A model generated the notes under the pieces. That model did no database searches. It was not told the DNA's origin and worked only from the letters and a program-made list of their open reading frames with translations. From Auanema rhodensis (Eukaryota; Animalia; Nematoda), in assembly GCA_964057225.1 (NCBI GenBank), contig OZ059900.1, positions 24,862,001 through 24,926,000 of the forward strand: 64,000 nucleotides of DNA, in the 5' to 3' direction. A program made the translations under genes and the position numbers. Within the stretch, counting starts at the first letter, position 1, and every line of letters begins with the position of its first letter. Positions 54,101 to 64,000 of this stretch are shown here, one piece after another.

Positions 54101-57100
54101 TGGAACTAGACGTTGTACGAACAATTTTGAGCTAGGTTTCATTGACATTGCATGAGTTTGAACACATGAAATCGTAAGTCAAAACCTAGTTTACAGCGAA
54201 ATTTCCAAAAACTGGTTTTCCAGCATAATAAAATATTTCTCATGGGAAATACTGTGTTTTTGTATTTTTCTAGTGTTCAGCATGTAAAATGATTCATTTT
54301 AGTATGTAACACGCTGAAATTCGTTGCATTTGACGACTCATATGAACAAAAATCGATTTAATCAATATTAGCCATAAGGGGCGTGCCCTCAGAATATGCT
54401 AATTTCCTTAATTTTCTAACCCCTGTTTTTTTGTCGTGAAAGTGGAACTAGACGTTGTACGAACAATTTTGAGCTAGGTTTCATTGACATTGCATGAGTT
54501 TGAACACATGAAATCGTAAGTCAAAACCTTGTTTACAGCGAAATTTCCAAAAACTGGTTTTCCAGCATAATAAAATATTTCTCATGGGAAATACTACGTT
54601 TTTGTATTTTTCTAGTGTTCAGCATGTAAAATGCTTCATTTTAGTATGTAACACGCTGAAATTCGTTGCATTTGACGACTCATATGAACAAAAATCGATT
54701 TAATCAATATTAGCCATAAGGGGCGTGCCCTCAGAATATGCTAATTCCCTTAATTTTCTAACCCCTGTTTTTTTGTCGTGAAAGTGGAACTAGACGTTGT
54801 ACGAACAATTTTGAGCTAGGTTTTATTGACATTGCATGAGTTTGAACACATGAAATCGTAAGTCAAAACCTTATTTACAGCGAAATTTCCAAAAACTGGT
54901 TTTCCAGCATAATAAAATATTTCTCATGGGAAATACTTTGTTTTTGTATTTTTCTAGTGTTCAGCATGTAAAATGGTTCATTTTAGTGTATGTAACACGC
55001 TGAAATTCGTTGCATTTGTTGACTCATATGAACAAAAATCGATTTAATCAATATTAGCCATAAGGGGCGTGCCCTCAGAATATGCTAATTTCCTTAATTT
55101 TTTAACCCCTGTTTTTTTGTCGTGAAAGTGGAACTAGACGTTGTACGAACAATTTTGAGCTAGGTTTCATTGACATTGCATGAGTTTGAACACATGAAAT
55201 CGTAAGTCAAAACCTTGTTTACAGCGAAATTTCCAAAAACTGGTTTTCCAGCATAATAAAATATTTCTCATGGGAAATACTGTGTTTTTGTATTTTTCTA
55301 GTGTTCAGCATGTAAAATGCTTCATTTTAGTATGTAACACGCTGAAATTCGTTGCATTTGACGACTCATATGAACAAAAATCGATTTAATCAATATTAGC
55401 CATAAGGGGCGTGCCCTCAGAATATGCTAATTTCCTTAATTTTCTAACCCCTGTTTTTTTGTCGTGAAAGTGGAACTAGACGTTGTACGAACAATTTTGA
55501 GCTAGGTTTCATTGACATTGCATGAGTTTGAACACATGAAATCGTAAGTCAAAACCTTGTTTACAGCGAAATTTCCAAAAACTGGTTTTCCAGCATAATA
55601 AAATATTTCTCATGGGAAATACTGTGTTTTTGTATTTTTCTAGTGTTCAGCATGTAAAATGCTTCATTTTAGTATGTAACACGCTGAAATTCGTTGCATT
55701 TGACGACTCATATGAACAAAAATCGATTTAATCAATATTAGCCATAAGGGGCGTGCCCTCAGAATATGCTAATTTCCTTAATTTTCTAACCCCTGTTTTT
55801 TGTCGTGAAAGTGGAACTAGACGTTGTACAAACAATTTTGAGCTAGGTTTTATTGACATTGCATGAGTTTGAACACATGAAATCGTAAGTCAAAACCTTG
55901 TTTAGAGCGAAATTTCCAAAAACTGGTTTTCCAGCATAATAAAATATTTCTCATGGGAAATACTGTGTTTTTGTATTTTTCTAGTGTTCAGCATGTAAAA
56001 TGATTCATTTTAGTATGTAACACGCTGAAATTCGTTGCATTTGACGACTCATATGAACAAAAATCGATTTAATCAATATTAGCCATAAGGGGCGTGCCCT
56101 CAGAATATGCTAATTTCCTTAATTTTCTAACCCCTGTTTTTTTGTCGTGAAAGTGGAACTAGACGTTGTACGAACAATTTTGAGCTAGGTTTCATTGACA
56201 TTGCATGAGTTTGAACACATGAAATCGTAAGTCAAAACCTTGTTTACAGCGAAATTTCCAAAAACTGGTTTTCCAGCATAATAAAATATTTCTCATGGGA
56301 AATACTGTGTTTTTGTATTTTTCTAGTGTTCAGCATGTAAAATACTTCATTTAAGTATGTAACACGCTGAAATTCGTTGCATTTGACGACTCATATGAAC
56401 AAAAATCGATTTAATCAATATTAGCCATAAGGGGCGTGCCCTCAGAATATGCTAATTCCCTTAATTTTCTAACCCCTGTTTTTTTGTCGTGAAAGTGGAA
56501 CTAGACGTTGTACGAACAATTTTGAGCTAGGTTTCATTGACATTGCATGAGTTTGAACACATGAAATCGTAAGTCAAAACCTTATTTACAGCGAAATTTC
56601 CAAAAACTGGTTTTCCAGCATAATAAAATATTTCTCATGGGAAATACTTTGTTTTTGTATTTTTCTAGTGTTCAGCATGTAAAATGCTTCATTTTAGTAT
56701 GTAACACGCTGAAATTCGTTGCATTTGACGACTCATATGAACAAAAATCGATTTAATCAATATTAGCCATAAGGGGCGTGCCCTCAGAATATGCTAATTT
56801 CCTTAATTTTTTAACCACTGTTTTTTTGTCGTGAAAGTGGAACTAGACGTTGTACGAACAATTTTGAGCTAGGTTTCATTGACATTGCATGAGTTTGAAC
56901 ACATGAAATCGTAAGTCAAAACCTTGTTTACAGCGAAATTTCCAAAAACTGGTTTTCCAGCATAATAAAATATTTCTCATGGGAAATACTTTGTTTTTGT
57001 ATTTTTCTAGTGTTCAGCATGTAAAATGCTTCATTTTAGTATGTAACACGCTGAAATTCGTTGCATTTGACGACTCATATGAACAAAAATCGATTTAATC

Positions 57101-60100
57101 AATATTAGCCATAAGGGGCGTGCCCTCAGAATATGCTAATTTCCTTAATTTTTTAACCACTGTTTTTTTATCGTGAAAGTGGAACTAGACGTTGTACGAA
57201 CAATTTTGAGCTAGGTTTCATTGACATTGCATGAGTTTGAACACATGAAATCGTAAGTCAAAACCTTGTTTACAGCGAAATTTCCAAAAACTGGTTTTCC
57301 AGCATAATAAAATATTTCTCATGGGAAATACTGTGTTTTTGTATTTTTTTAGTAATCAGCATGTAAAATGCTTCATTTTAGTATGTAACACGCTGAAATT
57401 CGTTGCATTTGACGACTCATATGAACAAAAATCGATTTAATCAATATTAGCCATAAGGGGCGTGCCCTCAGAATATGCTAATTTCCTTAATTTTCTAACC
57501 CCTGTTTTTTGTCGTGAAAGTGGAACTAGACGTTGTAGGAACAATTTTGAGCTAGTTTTCATTGACATTGCATGAGTTTGAACACATGAAATCGTAAGTC
57601 AAAACCTTGTTTACAGCGAAATTTCCAAAAACTGGTTTTCCAGCATAATAAAATATTTCTCTTGGGAAATACTGTGTTTTTGTATTTTTCTAGTGTTCAG
57701 CATGTAAAATACTTCATTTAAGTATGTAACACGCTGAAATTCGTTGCATTTGACGACTCATATGAACAAAAATCGATTTAATCAATATTAGCCATAAGGG
57801 GCGTGCCCTCAGAATATGCTAATTCCCTTAATTTTCTAACCCCTGTTTTTTTGTCGTGAAAGTGGAACTAGACGTTGTACGAACAATTTTGAGCTGGGTT
57901 TCATTGACATTGCATGAGTTTGAACACATGAAATCGTAAGTCAAAACCTTATTTACAGCGAAATTTCCAAAAACTGGTTTTCCAGCATAATAAAATATTT
58001 CTCATGGGAAATACTTTGTTTTTGTATTTTTCTAGTGTTCAGCATGTAAAATGCTTCATTTTAGTATGTAACACGCTGAAATTCGTTGCATTTGACGACT
58101 CATATGAACAAAAATCGATTTAATCAATATTAGCCATAAGGGGCGTGCCCTCAGAATATGCTAATTTCCTTAATTTTTTAACCACTGTTTTTTTGTCGTG
58201 AAAGTGGAACTAGACGTTGTACGAACAATTTTGAGCTAGGTTTCATTGACATTGCATGAGTTTGAACACATGAAATCGTAAGTCAAAACCTTATTTACAG
58301 CGAAATTTCCAAAAACTGGTTTTCCAGCATAATATAATATTTCTCTTGGGAAATACTTTGTTTTTGTATTTTTCTAGTGTTCAGCATGTAAAATGCTTCA
58401 TTTTAGTATGTAACACGCTGAAATTCGTTGCATTTGACGACTCATATGAACAAAAATCGATTTAATCAATATTAGCCATAAGGGGCGTGCCCTCAGAATA
58501 TGCTAATTTCCTTAATTTTTTAACCACTGTTTTTTTGTCGTGAAAGTGGAACTAGACGTTGTACGAACAATTTTGAGCTAGGTTTCATTGACATTGCATG
58601 AGTTTGAACACATGAAATCGTAAGTCAAAACCTTGTTTACAGCGAAATTTCCAAAAACTGGTTTTCCAGCATAATAAAATATTTCTCATGGGAAATACTG
58701 TGTTTTTGTATTTTTCTAGTGTTCAGCATGTAAAATGGTTCATTTTAGTGTATGTAACACGCTGAAATTCGTTGCATTTGACGACTCATATGAACAAAAA
58801 TCGATTTAATCAATATTAGCCATAAGGGGCGTGCCCTCAGAATATGCTAATTTCCTTAATTTTCTAACCCCTGTTTTTTTGTCGTGAAAGTGGAACTAGA
58901 CGTTGTACGAACAATTTTGAGCTAGGTTTCATTGACATTGCATGAGTTTGAACACATGAAATCGTAAGTCAAAACCTTGTTTACAGCGAAATTTCCAAAA
59001 ACTGGTTTTCCAGCATAATAAAATATTTCTCATGGGAAATACTTTGTTTTTGTATTTTTCTAGTGTTCAGCATGTAAAATGCTTCATTTTAGTATGTAAC
59101 ACGCTGAAATTCGTTGCATTTGACGACTCATATGAACAAAAATCGATTTAATCAATATTAGCCATAAGGGGCGTGCCCTCAGAATATGCTAATTTCCTTA
59201 ATTTTTTAACCACTGTTTTTTTATCGTGAAAGTGGAACTAGACGTTGTACGAACAATTTTGAGCTAGGTTTCATTGACATTGCATGAGTTTGAACACATG
59301 AAATCGTAAGTCAAAACCTTGTTTACAGCGAAATTTCCAAAAACTGGTTTTCCAGCATAATAAAATATTTCTCATGGGAAATACTGTGTTTTTGTATTTT
59401 TTTAGTAATCAGCATGTAAAATGCTTCATTTTAGTATGTAACACGCTGAAATTCGTTGCATTTGACGACTCATATGAACAAAAATCGATTTAATCAATAT
59501 TAGCCATAAGGGGCGTGCCCTCAGAATATGCTAATTTCCTTAATTTTCTAACCCCTGTTTTTTGTCGTGAAAGTGGAACTAGACGTTGTAGGAACAATTT
59601 TGAGCTAGTTTTCATTGACATTGCATGAGTTTGAACACATGAAATCGTAAGTCAAAACCTTGTTTACAGCGAAATTTCCAAAAACTGGTTTTCCAGCATA
59701 ATAAAATATTTCTCTTGGGAAATACTGTGTTTTTGTGTTTTTCTAGTGTTCAGCATGTAAAATACTTCATTTAAGTATGTAACACGCTGAAATTCGTTGC
59801 ATTTGACGACTCATATGAACAAAAATCGATTTAATCAATATTAGCCATAAGGGGCGTGCCCTCAGAATATGCTAATTCCCTTAATTTTCTAACCCCTGTT
59901 TTTTTGTCGTGAAAGTGGAACTAGACGTTGTACGAACAATTTTGAGCTGGGTTTCATTGACATTGCATGAGTTTGAACACATGAAATCGTAAGTCAAAAC
60001 CTTATTTACAGCGAAATTTCCAAAAACTGGTTTTCCAGCATAATAAAATATTTCTCATGGGAAATACTTTGTTTTTGTATTTTTCTAGTGTTCAGCATGT

Positions 60101-63100
60101 AAAATGCTTCATTTTAGTATGTAACACGCTGAAATTCGTTGCATTTGACGACTCATATGAACAAAAATCGATTTAATCAATATTAGCCATAAGGGGCGTG
60201 CCCTCAGAATATGCTAATTTCCTTAATTTTTTAACCACTGTTTTTTTGTCGTGAAAGTGGAACTAGACGTTGTACGAACAATTTTGAGCTAGGTTTCATT
60301 GACATTGCATGAGTTTGAACACATGAAATCGTAAGTCAAAACCTTATTTACAGCGAAATTTCCAAAAACTGGTTTTCCAGCATAATAAAATATTTCTCTT
60401 GGGAAATACTTTGTTTTTGTATTTTTCTAGTGTTCAGCATGTAAAATGCTTCATTTTAGTATGTAACACGCTGAAATTCGTTGCATTTGACGACTCATAT
60501 GAACAAAAATCGATTTAATCAATATTAGCCATAAGGGGCGTGCCCTCAGAATATGCTAATTTCCTTAATTTTTTAACCACTGTTTTTTTGTCGTGAAAGT
60601 GGAACTAGACGTTGTACGAACAATTTTGAGCTAGGTTTCATTGACATTGCATGAGTTTGAACACATGAAATCGTAAGTCAAAACCTTGTTTACAGCGAAA
60701 TTTCCAAAAACTGGTTTTCCAGCATAATAAAATATTTCTCATGGGAAATACTGTGTTTTTGTATTTTTCTAGTGTTCAGCATGTAAAATGCTTCATTTTA
60801 GTATGTAACACGGTGAAATTCGTTGCATTTGACGACTCATATGAACAAAAATCGATTTAATCAATATTAGCCATAAGGGGCGTGCCCTCAGAATATGCTA
60901 ATTTCCTTAATTTTCTAACCCCTGTTTTTTGTCGTGAAAGTGGAACTAGACGTTGTACGAACAATTTTGAGCTAGGTTTCATTGACATTGCATGAGTTTG
61001 AACACATGAAATCGTAAGTCAAAACCTTGTTTACAGCGAAATTTCCAAAAACTGGTTTTCCAGCATAATAAAATATTTCTCATGGGAAATACTGTGTTTT
61101 TGTATTTTTCTAGTGTTCAGCATGTAAAATGGTTCATTTTAGTGTATGTAACACGCTGAAATTCGTTGCATTTGACGACTCATATGAACAAAAATCGATT
61201 TAATCAATATTAGCCATAAGGGGCGTGCCCTCAGAATATGCTAATTTCCTTAATTTTCTAACCCCTGTTTTTTTGTCGTGAAAGTGGAACTAGACGTTGT
61301 ACGAACAATTTTGAGCTAGGTTTCATTGACATTGCATGAGTTTGAACACATGAAATCGTAAGTCAAAACCTTGTTTACAGCGAAATTTCCAAAAACTGGT
61401 TTTCCAGCATAATAAAATATTTCTCATGGGAAATACTGTGTTTTTGTATTTTTCTAGTGTTCAGCATGTAAAATGGTTCATTTTAGTGTATGTAACACGC
61501 TGAAATTCGTTGCATTTGACGACTCATATGAACAAAAATCGATTTAATCAATATTAGCCATAAGGGGCGTGCCCTCAGAATATGCTAATTTCCTTAATTT
61601 TCTAACCCCTGTTTTTTTGTCGTGAAAGTGGAACTAGACGTTGTACGAACAATTTTGAGCTAGGTTTCATTGACATTGCATGAGTTTGAACACATGAAAT
61701 CGTAAGTCAAAACCTTATTTACAGCGAAATTTCCAAAAACTGGTTTTCCAGCATAATAAAATATTTCTCATGGGAAATACTTTGTTTTTGTATTTTTCTA
61801 GTGTTCAGCATGTAAAATGCTTCATTTTAGTATGTAACACGCTGAAATTCGTTGCATTTGACGACTCATATGAACAAAAATCGATTTAATCAATATTAGC
61901 CATAAGGGGCGTGCCCTCAGAATATGCTAATTTCCTTAATTTTTTAACCCCTGTTTTTTTGTCGTGAAAGTGGAACTAGACGTTGTACGAACAATTTTGA
62001 GCTAGGTTTCATTGACATTGCATGAGTTTGAACACATGAAATCGTAAGTCAAAACCTAGTTTACAGCGAAATTTCCAAAAACTGGTTTTCCAGCATAATA
62101 AAATATTTCTCATGGGAAATACTGTGTTTTTGTATTTTTCTAGTGTTCAGCATGTAAAATGATTCATTTTAGTATGTAACACGCTGAAATTCGTTGCATT
62201 TGACGACTCATATGAACAAAAATCGATTTAATCAATATTAGCCATAAGGGGCGTGCCCTCAGAATATGCTAATTTCCTTAATTTTCTAACCCCTGTTTTT
62301 TTGTCGTGAAAGTGGAACTAGACGTTGTACGAACAATTTTGAGCTAGGTTTCATTGACATTGCATGAGTTTGAACACATGAAATCGTAAGTCAAAACCTA
62401 GTTTACAGCGAAATTTCCAAAAACTGGTTTTCCAGCATAATAAAATATTTCTCATGGGAAATACTGTGTTTTTGTATTTTTCTAGTGTTCCGCATGTAAA
62501 ATGATTCATTTTAGTATGTAACACGCTGAAATTCGTTGCATTTGACGACTCATATGAACAAAAATCGATTTAATCAATATTAGCCATAAGGGGCGTGCCC
62601 TCAGAATATGCTAATTTCCTTAATTTTCTAACCCCTGTTTTTTTGTCGTGAAAGTGGAACTAGACGTTGTACGAACAATTTTGAGCTAGGTTTCATTGAC
62701 ATTGCATGAGTTTGAACACATGAAATCGTAAGTCAAAACCTTGTTTACAGCGAAATTTCCAAAAACTGGTTTTCCAGCATAATAAAATATTTCTCATGGG
62801 AAATACTGTGTTTTTGTATTTTTCTAGTGTTCAGCATGTAAAATGGTTCATTTTAGTGTATGTAACACGCTGAAATTCGTTGCATTTGACGACTCATATG
62901 AACAAAAATCGATTTAATCAATATTAGCCATAAGGGACGTGCCCTCAGAATATGCTAATTTCCTTAATTTTCTAACCCCTGTTTTTCTGTCGTGAAAGTG
63001 GAACTAGACGTTGTACGAACAATTTTGAGCTAGGTTTCATTGACATTGCATGAGTTTGAACTCATGAAATCGTAAGTCAAAACCTTGTTTACAGCGAAAT

Positions 63101-64000
63101 TTCCAAAAACTGGTTTTCCAGCATAATAAAATATTTCTCATGGGAAATACTACGTTTTTGTATTTTTCTAGTGTTCAGCATGTAAAATGCTTCATTTTAG
63201 TATGTAACACGCTGAAATTCGTTGCATTTGACGACTCATATGAACAAAAATCGATTTAATCAATATTAGCCATAAGGGGCGTGCCCTCAGAATATGCTAA
63301 TTTCCTTAATTTTCTAACCCCTGTTTTTTTGTCGTGAAAGTGGAACTAGACGTTGTACGAACAATTTTGAGCTAGGTTTCATTGACATTGCATGAGTTTG
63401 AACACATGAAATCGTAAGTCAAAACCTTGTTTACAGCGAAATTTCCAAAAACTGGTTTTCCAGCATAATAAAATATTTCTCATGGGAAATACTGTGTTTT
63501 TGTATTTTTCTAGTGTTCAGCATGTAAAATGGTTCATTTTAGTGTATGTAACACGCTGAAATTCGTTGCATTTGACGACTCATATGAACAAAAATCGATT
63601 TAATCAATATTAGCCATAAGGGGCGTGCCCTCAGAATATGCTAATTTCCTTAATTTTCTAACCCCTGTTTTTTTGTCGTGAAAGTGGAACTAGACGTTGT
63701 ACGAACAATTTTGAGCTAGGTTTCATTGACATTGCATGAGTTTGAACACATGAAATCGTAAGTCAAAACCTAGTTTACAGCGAAATTTCCAAAAACTGGT
63801 TTTCCAGCATAATAAAATATTTCTCATGGGAAATACTGTGTTTTTGTATTTTTCTAGTGTTCAGCATGTAAAATGATTCATTTTAGTATGTAACACGCTG
63901 AAATTCGTTGCATTTGACGACTCATATGAACAAAAATCGATTTAATCAATATTAGCCATAAGGGGCGTGCCCTCAGAATATGCTAATTTCCTTAATTTTC
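45156..64000. repeat. Large tandem duplication, period 11293-11637 bp (33-34 monomers); second copy runs off the window
   Basis: The monomer series starting at 45156 is repeated from 56449. Private variants recur: TTTATCG+TAGTAATC (45840/57133), AATATAAT (46865/58158), TTCCGC (50629/62266), AGGGACG (50971/62608) and GAACTCATG (51421/63058). Confidence 0.9.

Larger units (their letters stand above)
1..64000. repeat. Tandem satellite DNA array, ~342 bp AT-rich monomer, 187 full copies plus a partial copy, head-to-tail; probably (peri)centromeric heterochromatin
   Basis: The motif ATGCTAATTTCC recurs at 1, 344, 686, 1029, 1371, 1713 ... 63638, 63980, a mean period of about 342.1 bp. Every unit carries the same landmarks (GAACTAGACGTTGTAC, CCAAAAACTGGTTTTCCAGC, AAATCGATTT, GGCGTGCCCTCAGAAT) in the same orientation. 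The array runs off both window ends. The centromeric assignment is inference only. Confidence 0.99.

Noticed and set aside
1-64000. CRISPR array or other repeat-spacer system
   Set aside because: There are no unique spacers. The entire 342 bp unit is repeated, and no cas or other genes are present.

Overview
The whole 64 kb window is one uninterrupted head-to-tail array of an AT-rich satellite DNA. The monomer is about 342 bp (341-344 bp variants). I counted 187 complete monomers from position 1 to 63979, plus 21 bp of a 188th. Monomer 1 is about 33% GC by hand count, and monomers differ from each other at only a handful of positions. I see no genes, RNA genes, transposons, CRISPR spacers, inversions or unique sequence. 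The three 72-aa ORFs are by-products of one local monomer variant. This looks like eukaryotic centromeric or pericentromeric heterochromatin, but I do not recognise the family or the species. The informative signal is in the variants. Typing each monomer by its SNPs and indels shows (1) layered, locally changing higher-order repeats (dimers, 4/5-, 7-, 9/10-mers and an ~11.3-11.6 kb, 33/34-monomer duplication); (2) a recurring ancestral monomer order; (3) chimeric monomers at unequal-crossover junctions; (4) a degenerate internal ~171+171 dimer; and (5) several variants that create or perfect short palindromes. All typing was done by eye and should be confirmed computationally.
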